Shown here: piece after piece, positions 1-10,113 of the stretch | Position numbering within the stretch: the stretch's first letter is position 1 | How the letters are laid out: the number at the start of each line of letters is the position of its first letter | Assembly: GCA_038131935.1 (NCBI GenBank) | Contig: JAYPQH010000033.1 | Location: forward strand, 15,693-79,692 | Reading direction: 5' to 3' | Origin: Alphaproteobacteria bacterium | Lineage (GTDB): Bacteria > Pseudomonadota > Alphaproteobacteria > UBA8317 | Length of the DNA: 64,000 bases | Made by a program: the position numbers and the translations under genes | Notes under the pieces: model-generated | What the model was told of the DNA's origin: nothing | Seen by the model: only the letters and a program-made list of their open reading frames with translations | The model's database searches: none

Positions 1-632
1 CCATCTTTATATTTGCCCAATCTTGGTCCTAGAATAATGGCGCCAGCGAGTGCTGCAAAACCACCTGTTGCATGGACGATGGTTGATCCCGCAAAGTCAG
101 AAAATCCCATCTCGCTTAAATAGCCACCACCCCAGGTCCAGGAACCTTGGATGGGATAAATGATTCCTGTGAGAACTGCAGTGAAAATAAGAAATGGCCA
201 AATTTTGATGCGCTCAGCAAGGGTACCTGAAACAATAGATGCAGTGGTTGCGCAGAACACCATCTGGAAGAACCAATCTGACGCAGATGAATAATCACCG
301 TCAGCTGTTGCAGGATCACCGGGGGTAAAAAACATCGCTGTTCCTATGTAACCACCATCAACCCCAGCATACATTAAGTTGTATCCTACCAGCAGATACA
401 TAATGCCTGCGATCGAGTAGAGTGCGACGTTTTTTGTACATTGCATGGCCACATTTTTTGAGCGTACGAGTCCTGCTTCGAGCATGGCAAAACCGGCTGC
501 CATCCACATGACGAGGAAACCACCTAATAAGAAAAGTAAAGAGTTGAAGATATAGGCGGTTGAGTCTGTTTCTGCGGCCAATGCTGGGCTAGCAAGCATG
601 ACCAAAGTAGGTATAAGAAATCTCTTGTTCAT
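1..632 (-). CDS. amtB: Ammonium transporter (5' part; runs off the window start)
   Basis: Hand translation from ATG at 632: MNKRFLIPTLVMLASPALA...GFAMLEAGLVRSKN...FFQMVFCATTASIVSGTLAER...WTWGGG...DFAGSTIVH, the Amt family motifs; lies directly downstream of glnK; GGAG SD upstream. Confidence 0.96.
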   Translation of the reverse strand, partial: MNKRFLIPTLVMLASPALAAETDSTAYIFNSLLFLLGGFLVMWMAAGFAMLEAGLVRSKNVAMQCTKNVALYSIAGIMYLLVGYNLMYAGVDGGYIGTAMFFTPGDPATADGDYSSASDWFFQMVFCATTASIVSGTLAERIKIWPFLIFTAVLTGIIYPIQGSWTWGGGYLSEMGFSDFAGSTIVHATGGFAALAGAIILGPRLGKYKD

Positions 633-658
633 AATATTCTCCAAATAGATTTGGTTGG

Positions 659-997
659 TCACAGGGCTTCATCAGAGCTTTCGCCTGTTCGCACGCGAAC
701 AGCTTGCTCTAGGGGCACCACGAAAATTTTTCCGTCACCAATTTGCCCCGTGTGAGCGGTGTCCTTGATGACATTGACAACATCATCGGTTCGCTCATCA
801 GAAACGGCGACTTCAAGCTTTATCTTCGGCAGAAAGGTGACGTCATATTCAGCACCGCGATAAATCTCGGTATGACCACGTTGGCGCCCATAACCGCGAA
901 CTTCTGTAACAGTCATTCCTTCCACACCAATGCTGGTGAGGGCTTCTCTCAGCTCAGCCAGTTTAAAAGGCTTAACAATGCTAATAATAAGTTTCAT
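659..997 (-). CDS. glnK: PII nitrogen regulatory protein
   Basis: 112 aa; KPFKL, GYGRQRG, T-loop EIYRGAEY, TGQIGDGKIFV; upstream of amtB. Confidence 0.97.
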   Translation of the reverse strand: MKLIISIVKPFKLAELREALTSIGVEGMTVTEVRGYGRQRGHTEIYRGAEYDVTFLPKIKLEVAVSDERTDDVVNVIKDTAHTGQIGDGKIFVVPLEQAVRVRTGESSDEAL

Positions 998-1172
998 GGC
1001 AAATCCTTACATGAGTTTCGATACCTAAATATGGAAATTCATGTTATGAATATTATAAAAATGTTTATAAACAATAATTTTAATTAAATTTTTACCTAAA
1101 AATTATTGGAAATTATAGACATTCTGCCTAAATCTGCGTCATGCCCATGCGCTAGCGGAACGAAAGTGTACA

Positions 1173-2249
1173 ATGTTTCATCACTCTGATCAGATTATAC
1201 ATGAATGGCGTATGGGACGTGCTGTCAAATTATACAGCAGCAATGGTCAAACCTACGAATTGTTGGCCACAGAATTTGTTGATCCCACAAATTATCATGG
1301 ATTAATCCAAAGCCCATGGTCACTTGTGATAACCCAACATCGTGCTGAAGCTCTTCATGCGTCAGTGCACCATGTTGGTTTAGGGTTATACCGACCACCA
1401 CAGCGCCACCATGATTTGCTTAAAATTATCGATCCAACTTCGTACATGCATGCAATGTTGTCTGAACCATTGGTATCGCAGCGTGACCTCAAAGAGCCAG
1501 AAGAGCTCAGGTCAACATTACAAATGCTTTTGAAGGAAGATATATTGCCTTCATTGCTAATCCGTACCACGGAAGAAAGGGAAGATTTTTTATGGAAAAA
1601 TCTAGATGGATTGCAAAAGCAGCGACTATTACAGCGTAAATATTCTGCAAAGTTACCGCTTCACAATGCACATGAGAGTCGTATTCATATTCTTCAAGAA
1701 TCCCCTGGCACGCGTCGTCATGTTTTGCTTGAAATTCACGCCCACCAGCAGCCCTCTTCTTTAACACCTTTGGTGAGGGTCCATTCAGAATGTCTCACAG
1801 GGGATGTTTTTGGATCCTTAAAATGTGACTGTGGCCCACAATTACGCGCTGCCATAGATGCAATCATTGATCATGGGTACGGCTATATTTTCTATATGCG
1901 TGATGAAGGTCGTAACATTGGCATCACCAACAAAATTCGTGCATACCGGCTTCAAGATGAGGGACATGACACCTACAAAGCAAACCGATTGGTGGGCGCG
2001 GATGAAGATCTACGGGATTACAAGGGTGTTGGACACTTCATCCAAGAGCAGTTGGGGCTCAACCAAATCCAATTGTTGACGAGCAATGCAGAAAAGTCTG
2101 CCCAACTATCCGTGCCTGGTTTACATGTGGAACAGGTGCATCATGCAGTAGGCTTGAATCCTTTTAATGAAAACTATTTAAAAGATAAGGATGCTCGTAA
2201 TCTGCAATATGCCTTGGACCGGATACAAAATGATGACCAAAATCAATAA
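1173..2249 (+). CDS. ribA: GTP cyclohydrolase II with divergent N-terminal region
   Basis: RVHSECLTGD, SLKCDCG (Zn ligands), EGRNIG, NKIRAY, DLRDY motifs in the C-terminal half. Confidence 0.9.
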   Translation: MFHHSDQIIHEWRMGRAVKLYSSNGQTYELLATEFVDPTNYHGLIQSPWSLVITQHRAEALHASVHHVGLGLYRPPQRHHDLLKIIDPTSYMHAMLSEPLVSQRDLKEPEELRSTLQMLLKEDILPSLLIRTTEEREDFLWKNLDGLQKQRLLQRKYSAKLPLHNAHESRIHILQESPGTRRHVLLEIHAHQQPSSLTPLVRVHSECLTGDVFGSLKCDCGPQLRAAIDAIIDHGYGYIFYMRDEGRNIGITNKIRAYRLQDEGHDTYKANRLVGADEDLRDYKGVGHFIQEQLGLNQIQLLTSNAEKSAQLSVPGLHVEQVHHAVGLNPFNENYLKDKDARNLQYALDRIQNDDQNQ

Positions 2250-3468
2250 AGATAATGATGTGATCATCATGGGTGGTGGTATGGTAGGTTTAACCCTTGC
2301 CATTGCCCTGTCACAATTGGGGCTGAGGGTAACAATTGTAGACAAAAAAACGATATCGATGCGTTTAGAACAGCAATATGATGGTCGTGCTTCTGCCATA
2401 GCGTTTGCAACAGCCCGCATGCTTGATGCTTTGGGTGTATGGAAGGATTGTGACCCCTACGCCGTACCAATTGAAGACATTTTGATCACCGATGGACATT
2501 CTCGGGGAAAAACGTCAAATCATTATTTGCATTTTGATCATCAAGACATTGGTAATACGCCTCTAGGCTACATGTTAGAGAATAGACATTTGCGTCATGT
2601 TTTGATCGAGCATGCAACCCAACAAAATGTTCAATTTATGGTTAATTCGGCACAAGACTTAGAGCCTCAGCAGGGCATGGTTACGATGCAGGACGGTCAA
2701 GTTTTCCAAGCACCTATTATCATCGCGGCTGATGGTAGAGGATCTTGGGTAAGAAGAAAGTCAGGTATCAAAATTGATAGCTACTCCTACGCCCAACATG
2801 CATTGGTGTTTACGGTTCATTTGGCCAATGGTCATGATAAGGTTGCCCATGAACATTTTCTTGAAGAAGGGCCTTTGGCTGTTCTACCCCTGCCAAATAA
2901 CCTCGCGAATATTGTTTGGACATGTAAAGCGCAGCGAGCTCAGGATTTGGAAGAGCTAGGTCCAGATGTTATACAAGAAGAACTTATGGATATCCTTGGC
3001 TCAACATTTGGTGATGTAACACTGAAGTCAGCAGTTTGGAGATATCCCCTGTCGGTGCATTTGGCCCGAAAATTTGGAGCAGGAAAAGTTGTTTTGGTAG
3101 GTGATGCTGCCCATGGTATTCATCCTATCGCTGGACAAGGGTTAAACCTAGGTCTGCGGGACGTTGCGACTATTGCACAGCTTGTCCAAGAACAACGACA
3201 AACAGGCATGCTTCTTAGTGGTCAAATTCTATGCCCGAAATATGAACGTTGGCGTAGACAAGACTGTATGATCCTGGCCACTGTGACTCATGGCATAAAT
3301 GCATTATTTTCAAATGATATAGCTCCGGTTCGTCGGGCTCGTGATGTAGGCCTCATGGCCGTAGGAAAATTACCACCACTTAAAAATTTCTTTATGAGGC
3401 ATGCTGGTGGCGATGTTGGTGATCTACCTCCTCTCATGCGGGGAGAAAAGCTTCGCACCATGAGTTAG
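2230..3468 (+). CDS. UbiH/UbiL/UbiF-family FAD-dependent ubiquinone biosynthesis hydroxylase
   Basis: GGGMVG Rossmann motif, DGRASAI, AADG, GDAAHGIHPIAGQGLNLGLRD; start moved to ATG 2230. Confidence 0.9.
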   Translation: MMTKINKDNDVIIMGGGMVGLTLAIALSQLGLRVTIVDKKTISMRLEQQYDGRASAIAFATARMLDALGVWKDCDPYAVPIEDILITDGHSRGKTSNHYLHFDHQDIGNTPLGYMLENRHLRHVLIEHATQQNVQFMVNSAQDLEPQQGMVTMQDGQVFQAPIIIAADGRGSWVRRKSGIKIDSYSYAQHALVFTVHLANGHDKVAHEHFLEEGPLAVLPLPNNLANIVWTCKAQRAQDLEELGPDVIQEELMDILGSTFGDVTLKSAVWRYPLSVHLARKFGAGKVVLVGDAAHGIHPIAGQGLNLGLRDVATIAQLVQEQRQTGMLLSGQILCPKYERWRRQDCMILATVTHGINALFSNDIAPVRRARDVGLMAVGKLPPLKNFFMRHAGGDVGDLPPLMRGEKLRTMS

Positions 3469-4267
3469 GGTCCAAGGATTTTTTTTCTTATCCAATCTGT
3501 AAACGCTTCCATGGCGATAACGATAACAAAAATTGCCAAGATGATGGCTGAGGCTTGCTTATATTGGAAAAGGTCGAATGCGGTTTTAAGTTCCTGACCT
3601 ATACCACCCGCGCCAACCAATCCTAATACAACAGATGACCTAATAGCACGCTCCAAGGCATACAATGATGTGTTAATCATTGAAGGAAGTGCATCGGGGA
3701 TAACTGCGGCACTAAGCATATTCCAATGATTCCCACCAATGGTTTGAATAGCGTCTCGTGCATCCCGATCCGTATCCTCCATGGCTTCAGCAAAAAAGCG
3801 ACCACAAAACCCTAACGTGTCCACCACAATGGTCATCGTACCCGCTACTGCACCCAAACCAACGGTGGACACGAAAATCAATGCCCAAACCAGATCAGGA
3901 ATGGTACGGCATAAAGAGACAAAACCTTTTACCAACCAGCGCAAGGATCCTATGGGAGATAAGCCTTGAGATGATAGCCAGCCAATGGGAAAACTTATGA
4001 GAATGCCCAATGTTGTGCCAGCTAGCGCTATCTGCATGGTTTCAACAAGCGTCCAAACCATTCTCATCAAAAACTCAGGATCACTGCTAGGAGGTAACAT
4101 TCTTCCCAATAAATTTACACGCGTGGCCCACCTTCCATCAGCCTTTGAGGTGATGGTGCTACGTCTCCAATTGACGCCAAGATGAGCGCTACAGCCGTAA
4201 TAAGTAAGGTAAAACTTAAAGCGCTCATTTGGGGTGTGCGATGGGGTAATTTCGTTTGTTTGGTCAT
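3465..4267 (-). CDS. phnE: Phosphonate ABC transporter permease (frameshift near 4115 in this assembly)
   Basis: RTIPDLVWALIFV, GRFFAEAME, RSSVVLGLVGAGGIG. True start is ATG 4267 (ATGA overlap with the phnC stop), reading MTKQTKLP...PSPQRLMEGGPR before shifting into NLLGRMLPP. Confidence 0.88.
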
Positions 4268-5016
4268 ATATACAATGTCCTTGAAATTGCATCATCAAAA
4301 TCTGTGGCACTGCCAAACCAATGAATTTTATGATTTTTCAATGCAACGATTTCGTCAGCGTAGGTCCTTGCATGATTGATATTATGAGTTGTGAATAATA
4401 ATGTTGTGCCTCTTTTTTGTACCAGTTGAGAAAACAGTGACATGATCTCTTCACCCGCGGTGGGGTCGAGACTGGCTGCAGGTTCGTCAGCTATAAGCAA
4501 CTGCGGAGAACGTACCATTGCACGTGCAATGGCTACACGTTGAGCCTGTCCCCCGGATAATTGATTAACTTTGGAGAGGATATGGTTCGACAGACCCAAT
4601 TCCACCAGCATTTGCCAAGCTGCAACGCGCCATGCTTCAGGAGCCAAGGAATGTGAAACAGCACGCCAAGATCCTGGTGCGCCCATGAAACCATGAACAA
4701 CGTTGCTTAATGCGCTCGTACGAGGAACCAATGAATGGTTCTGAAATACAAAACCAATTTTTTGTCTGAGTTCTTTGATAGCATGTTTTGAAGACGGCTC
4801 AGTAATATTCGTACCTAGGGTAACAACAGTACCAGAATTTGGGCGTGTCAGACCAACTATGGTTTTTAGTAATGTGGATTTGCCAGCGCCATTGGGTCCT
4901 AACAACGCGACACGCCTACCATTGGTTAGTGATAGGTTTATATCGTTCAAAACGGTGCTGGTTCCAAAAACCTTTGAGACCCGAGATAAATACACTGCAT
5001 TAGCAGTATTATCCAT
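4264..5016 (-). CDS. phnC: Phosphonate ABC transporter ATP-binding protein
   Basis: Walker A GPNGAGKS, LSGGQAQRVAIARA, ADEPAASLDP; GGAGG SD just before ATG 5016. Confidence 0.92.
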   Translation of the reverse strand: MDNTANAVYLSRVSKVFGTSTVLNDINLSLTNGRRVALLGPNGAGKSTLLKTIVGLTRPNSGTVVTLGTNITEPSSKHAIKELRQKIGFVFQNHSLVPRTSALSNVVHGFMGAPGSWRAVSHSLAPEAWRVAAWQMLVELGLSNHILSKVNQLSGGQAQRVAIARAMVRSPQLLIADEPAASLDPTAGEEIMSLFSQLVQKRGTTLLFTTHNINHARTYADEIVALKNHKIHWFGSATDFDDAISRTLYI

Positions 5017-5039
5017 GGGTCCTCCGTGCGGACCCATGG
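5013..5039 (-). promoter_or_regulatory. Hairpin covering the phnC RBS and start codon
   Basis: Perfect 10-bp inverted repeat CCATGGGTCC-N7-GGACCCATGG; on the mRNA the GGAGG spans the loop/3' arm and the AUG lies in the 3' arm. Confidence 0.6.
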
Positions 5040-5062
5040 TATTGGTTTCAAAATTTTGCACG

Positions 5063-5929
5063 TTAACCAACAAAATCTTTTAATGTATCGATACCAATTG
5101 TTTTGTACATTTTGCGTACATAGTCGTAATCACTGTCTAAAACATTCTTGAGAAAAAACCCGCCACGATATTTTTGATTATCGTCGCCTTTCAGAATGGC
5201 TTTCATAATGTCAGCTCCTTGTTCAACGAAGGCCCGACGCACCTTAGCAACGATATCAGAACTCAAGTCTTGACGTGCAACAAGAATGTCATTTGGTAGG
5301 TCACGTCCTCGTGCGATAACGCTGAAAGACTGTTCAGGAAACGCCTTGCGTATTTTTTGCAAATGGCCAAAATTCATTCCAACAGCCGCAACATCACCAC
5401 GGATCATAGCTTCAACAGCTACGTTACGTTTGATAATTTTGGCGTTATAGTCTCTGTTCATGTTTAACCCAAGGTCAGCGAGGGCTTGCGCAGGGCCAAG
5501 ATGTTGTGAAGTTGAACCCACAGATCCAAATGTCACAATCTTACCACGAAGATCCTCAACTTGTTTAATGGGACCATCTGACAAGGCTACAATTTGCGCG
5601 AAATAGTCTGGTCTTTGCCAAGCAACAACAATTTTAGGGTTCGCGAGTTCTTTCATCACAACATACTCAGCCGGTCCTGTGAGAACAAATTCGACCTGTT
5701 TTGCATTCAAGGCTTCTACAGCTGCAGTTCTTGAGCTTACTGGAAACAATTCCACATCTAACCCTGTAGCCTCTTCAAGGGCTTCGGCAAAAGGCGCGAA
5801 CTCTTGCTGTAATTGTTCCATGCCTTCTATGTCGGTTACGGCAAACCGAACTTTGTCGTCAGCTTGCGCCATGGTCGCAAATCCAAAAATGGCTGAAATA
5901 AGAAGAAATTTCGAAAATACGTTGTGCAT
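5063..5929 (-). CDS. phnD: Phosphate/phosphite/phosphonate ABC transporter substrate-binding protein
   Basis: Signal peptide ending AQA, GPAEYV, GSVGSTSQHLGP, LPND, DSDYD; GGAG SD; first gene of the phnDCE operon. Confidence 0.9.
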   Translation of the reverse strand: MHNVFSKFLLISAIFGFATMAQADDKVRFAVTDIEGMEQLQQEFAPFAEALEEATGLDVELFPVSSRTAAVEALNAKQVEFVLTGPAEYVVMKELANPKIVVAWQRPDYFAQIVALSDGPIKQVEDLRGKIVTFGSVGSTSQHLGPAQALADLGLNMNRDYNAKIIKRNVAVEAMIRGDVAAVGMNFGHLQKIRKAFPEQSFSVIARGRDLPNDILVARQDLSSDIVAKVRRAFVEQGADIMKAILKGDDNQKYRGGFFLKNVLDSDYDYVRKMYKTIGIDTLKDFVG

Positions 5930-5975
5930 AATTATCTCCATAAGTTACACTAACTATCGAAGATACTTCAATTAT

Positions 5976-5993
5976 TTTTCAGTTTTATGACAT
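5976..5993 (-). promoter_or_regulatory. Putative Pho box upstream of phnD
   Basis: Minus strand reads ATGTCATAAAACTGAAAA versus consensus CTGTCATAAAACTGTCAT (14/18), about 47 nt upstream of the phnD start. Confidence 0.6.
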
Positions 5994-6006
5994 AGGAATA
6001 TTTTTT

Positions 6007-7160
6007 ATGGGTGATGTTTTATGTTTGAGAGGAGGAAAGGTTCTGCGCTCCAATTCTCTCCAAGAGCAAGATTTATTTATTGATCGAGATATTATTTCTG
6101 ACAGCTCGAAAAAATACACACGCGCAGTTGATGTAACATCTTGTCATGTTTTGCCTGGCATTATTGATGTCCATGGTGATGGATTTGAACATGTATTGAT
6201 GCCGAGAGCTGGTGTTCATATGGATAAAAACCATGGTTTGATAGAAGTTGATAAGCAACTTATATCCAACGGTATCACCACTGCATATCATGGTGTGACA
6301 GTTTCATATGAACCAGGTCAACGTAGCTTGGCAGAAGCATTAGATTTTGTATCAGCCCTAGATCTGATGCGTGATCGTTTGGCTGCCCGTCATCTATTAC
6401 ATCTCAGGGCTGAAACCTTTGCTTTTGAGCATTTTGAAGCCATTTTTGAACGACTAAAAACGCAACCCTCTCCATTGCTAGCTTTTAATGATCATCTCAC
6501 CAATTTAATGGAGGGAGGTCATATGATGAAAAAGCTCGGAAAGATGACGGCACGTAGCGGGTTAGATGAGGTTAGCTATAAAAAGTTAATCAATGGTTTG
6601 TGGGCAAAAAGGGATCTTGTGGATAAGTATGTTGCCGAGCTTGCAAATCTTAGTCGATCGCTAGGTATTAAGATGTTTGCTCATGATGAAATAACAATTC
6701 AGCAGCGACAACAACATCGTGATTTGGGTATCTTTGTATCAGAATTTCCCATGACAGAAGACGTGGCGCAAAATGCTATTGATCACTGCGAACATACGGT
6801 TATGGGCGCGCCCAACCTATTGCGTGGTAAGAGCCATAATGGGGCTATTTCTGCACGTGACATGGTACGTCAAAAACGTTGCACCATTATTGCATCAGAC
6901 TATTATTATCCAGCGCCATTACGCAGTATATATTTGATGGACCAATTGGGCATCATGCCTTTAGAACAAGGATGGAGTCTTGTGTCTCAAAATCCTGCGG
7001 AAGCGTCTGGATTGGCTGATTTAGGGCAGCTTGAACCAGGTTTTTGGTTGATATATTGGTGGTGGAACCAAGAGATGAAGGTCCACAGTTGCGTTATGTA
7101 TTCCGAAATGGTCAATTGGTATACCAAGCTCCATCTCATAACTTTTTTGGTTTAGCATGA
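6007..7160 (+). CDS. phnM: PhnM-family amidohydrolase (alpha-D-ribose 1-methylphosphonate 5-triphosphate diphosphatase-like); frameshift at T-run 7041-7045
   Basis: LPGIIDVHGDGFE, GITTAYH, FNDH, AHD, SEFP, GAPNLLRG, ASDYY. The alternative frame after 7045 gives VDILVV...VFRNGQLVY and ends in an ATGA overlap with the next gene. Confidence 0.85.
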
Positions 7161-8287
7161 CACAGAGTCCCTATTTCACCCCTCTCATGAACTCTTTGCC
7201 ATCCACGGTTCCATTTGTTGGGCCCGAGGCTTTAGAGCGTCTGTATGGTCAACCTTTTCAGGCACGAATTGGTGCTAATGAGAGTGTTTTTGGACCCTCT
7301 CCTCGCGCAATTGAGGCGATGCAGAAAGAGGCCACTGAGGTATTCAATTATGCAGACCCAGAAAATTACGAACTGCAAACCAAGCTCGCTTTGTTTCATG
7401 GGATTGCTTTCGATCAGGTGATGGTTGGAGAGGGTATAGACGGTTTATTTGGTATTTTGGCCCGCCTTACTTGTTCCCCTGATACAAAAGTCGTGACGTC
7501 GCTAGGAGCCTACCCAACATTTATTTTTCAAGTGGCCAATACTGGTGCTTCTGTCATACGTGTTCCCTATAAACAGGATCATGAGGATCTGCAGGGACTT
7601 CTTGATGCTGTAAAGCAAAACAATGCACGATTATGTTATCTGGCAAATCCCGACAACCCAATGGGAACATGGCATAAATCTAGTGCGATATTGGATATGC
7701 TTCAAAACCTTCCGGAAACATGTCTTCTCATTTTGGATGAGGCATACTGTGAATTTGCACCTGAAGAGGCAAAAATTGCTGAAGATTTTTGTCATCCACA
7801 ATTGTTGCGCTTTCGTACCTTTTCAAAAGCCCATGGAATGGCGGGTCTTCGTGTAGGTTATGTATTTGGATATGAAAACCTGACCATGGCTTTCAACAAG
7901 GTAAGAAATCATTTCGGTTTAAACCGCATGGCACAGATAGCAGCAATGGCATCACTTTCTGATCATGAACATCAAAGATATGTGCGCAACAATGTTGAAC
8001 ATTCAAAACAAGTTATTGCCCAAATTGCGTTAGAACAAAATTGCCAGGCTTTGCCTTCGGCAACAAATTTTGTGGCGATTGATTTGGGAGAGGATGGCGC
8101 TTTGTCTCGGGCAATGGTCGAAGCGTTGGGTCGTAGAGGTATCTTTGTTCGTATGCCTGGGGTAGCTCCATTGGATCGTTGTATAAGGGTTACTGCCGGT
8201 CGACAGGGTGACATGGACATATTGCGTGAGCATTTTGGCCCAGCATTGGCTGAAGCAAAAATGAGTACAAAAGGTCAGACAACATGA
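7157..8287 (+). CDS. HisC-like PLP-dependent aminotransferase (class I/II)
   Basis: PFVGPE, GANES, NPDNPMG, DEAY, RTFSKAHGMAGLRVG (PLP lysine). Confidence 0.9.
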   Translation: MTQSPYFTPLMNSLPSTVPFVGPEALERLYGQPFQARIGANESVFGPSPRAIEAMQKEATEVFNYADPENYELQTKLALFHGIAFDQVMVGEGIDGLFGILARLTCSPDTKVVTSLGAYPTFIFQVANTGASVIRVPYKQDHEDLQGLLDAVKQNNARLCYLANPDNPMGTWHKSSAILDMLQNLPETCLLILDEAYCEFAPEEAKIAEDFCHPQLLRFRTFSKAHGMAGLRVGYVFGYENLTMAFNKVRNHFGLNRMAQIAAMASLSDHEHQRYVRNNVEHSKQVIAQIALEQNCQALPSATNFVAIDLGEDGALSRAMVEALGRRGIFVRMPGVAPLDRCIRVTAGRQGDMDILREHFGPALAEAKMSTKGQTT

Positions 8288-9069
8288 AGTTGGTAAGCTG
8301 GAATATTAATGGAATCCGACCTCGCTTAAGCCACTTACATGATTTGATCCAAGCTTTTGACCCCGATGTGATCGCGTTACAAGAAACCAAAGTACAGGAT
8401 CAACAATTTCCGCAACAAGATATTAAAGAATGGGGCTATCATTTTCAAACTATTAGGGGTCAAAAGTCTTATAATGGTGTCGCTATCCTATCACGTTTGC
8501 CATGTGAAAATTCTTATCATTTAAACTTTCATGAAGAAGATGGGGCACGCCATGTCATGGCAAGACATGCAGGCATCAATATTCATAATTTCTATGTCCC
8601 AGCAGGTGGTGATATTCCTGACCCTGAGCAAAATCAAAAATTTGCCCATAAGCTTCGTTTTCTCGATTCCATGACTGCATATGCATCAGAGGGACATTTT
8701 TCAAAATGCAGTATCTTGGTAGGCGATCTCAATATAGCGCCATCTGTTTATGATGTGTGGTCGCATAAGCAACTTGAGAATGTGGTAAGTCATACAGATA
8801 TCGAGAGAAACGCACTTTGCAATTTGCTGCAAACATCAACGATGCTTGATGTGGTAAGATATTGTTATCCAGAACCGGAGATGTTGTTTAGTTGGTGGTC
8901 GTATAGGTCTCCAGATTTTCGTAAAAACAATCGAGGACGACGGCTTGACCATATTTGGATAAGTCCTGATCTCAAAGATAACATTGTTTCTATTTCACTT
9001 ATTGATAGTTTTCGTGAAAAAATTAAACCCTCAGACCATATCCCTATATTACTGGAACTGCGAGACTAG
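8284..9069 (+). CDS. xth: Exodeoxyribonuclease III / AP endonuclease
   Basis: SWNINGIR, LQETK, YNGVAILS, GDLNIA, FSWWSYR, RLDHIW, SDHIP. Confidence 0.95.
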   Translation: MKLVSWNINGIRPRLSHLHDLIQAFDPDVIALQETKVQDQQFPQQDIKEWGYHFQTIRGQKSYNGVAILSRLPCENSYHLNFHEEDGARHVMARHAGINIHNFYVPAGGDIPDPEQNQKFAHKLRFLDSMTAYASEGHFSKCSILVGDLNIAPSVYDVWSHKQLENVVSHTDIERNALCNLLQTSTMLDVVRYCYPEPEMLFSWWSYRSPDFRKNNRGRRLDHIWISPDLKDNIVSISLIDSFREKIKPSDHIPILLELRD

Positions 9070-9182
9070 TTTGGTTCTTGCCCCAGCGCTAATGAATAGG
9101 ACCAATTAAAAGCCTTAATTGAGCAAATACGAATTTATCAGAAACACGCCGAACAACACTGTCCAAGCGGATGTCTAGATTA

Positions 9183-9395
9183 TCAAAGTTTTCGTGCCTC
9201 TTCAGGTAGCATAATCGGAATACCATCGCGTATAGGGTACGCAAGTTTTGCAGCATGGCATATAAGCTCTTCGGCTTCCTTATCTAAGACAAGAGAACCA
9301 TGAGTGACTGGGCACACAAGTATTTCCAACAACTTTGGGTCAATAATATTTTGCGCTGTATCAGGTTCTTGTTTTTGTTCGTTCTCAGTCATCAT
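9183..9395 (-). CDS. Trm112-family (UPF0434) protein
   Basis: [10 protein letters not shown]...[13 protein letters not shown]; usual position after LON-N and cnoX. Confidence 0.9.
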   Translation of the reverse strand: MMTENEQKQEPDTAQNIIDPKLLEILVCPVTHGSLVLDKEAEELICHAAKLAYPIRDGIPIMLPEEARKL

Positions 9396-9426
9396 TATTC
9401 CAGACTTTATCCTGCTATGGTGGTTA

Positions 9427-10083
9427 TCAGTTGATGGTTCCATCACCCATTTCGGTATTTACCGACATTTCTAGTATGGCCATAAGCACATTTGCGCGGG
9501 TCGGCAAATCAATAGCTTGTAACAGAGCTTGTTTTTCCTCTGAACGAAATGGACATACAATGGACAACATATTGATGAAATCTTCATCATGGGCCGTGCG
9601 CAGCCCGCTCCAATCGGCTTCAATATTTTTAAGGACGAAATACCGCTCCAAGAGACTTGTAATGGTACTTCGATTTTCCAGTGGTGCAGATTTTTCACTG
9701 ATAAAGTCATGAGCATAGGTGTCAAACCGAGCATGGACTTGCCGATAGGAAGTTGTAGGGTTGAGTTCATCGACAATATCAAATCTCGATATACCAGTCA
9801 GTGTAATGAGGTAACGTTTATCTTCTGTTTCTGACCAACTTGTTATTCTGCCTAAACAACCAACTTCAAAAACAGACGGTTTATTATTGCTTTCGAATCC
9901 ATCAGGTTGAACCATACCAATAAACCGATGACTAGATAAAGCATCATTAATCATGTCGATATACCGAGGTTCAAATATATTTAAAGGAAGCTTGCAACGC
10001 GGTAACAATGTTGCACCACTAAGTGGAAATATAGGGATAGTGATGGGCAGATTTTTAGGTGATGTGAACTCCTGGGTAAACAT
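9427..10083 (-). CDS. LON peptidase substrate-binding (N-terminal) domain protein
   Basis: [31 protein letters not shown]. Confidence 0.92.
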   Translation of the reverse strand: MFTQEFTSPKNLPITIPIFPLSGATLLPRCKLPLNIFEPRYIDMINDALSSHRFIGMVQPDGFESNNKPSVFEVGCLGRITSWSETEDKRYLITLTGISRFDIVDELNPTTSYRQVHARFDTYAHDFISEKSAPLENRSTITSLLERYFVLKNIEADWSGLRTAHDEDFINMLSIVCPFRSEEKQALLQAIDLPTRANVLMAILEMSVNTEMGDGTIN

Positions 10084-10113
10084 ATGCCTCTTAAGCCCCC
10101 TTTTGTCAGTGCT

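Noticed and set aside
1000-1170. Possible NtrC or sigma-54 sites upstream of glnK (repeated CCTAAA words, palindrome TGTTTATAAACA at 1062-1073)
   Set aside because: No TGGCAC-N5-TTGC element and only weak NtrC half-sites in very AT-rich DNA, so chance matches are likely
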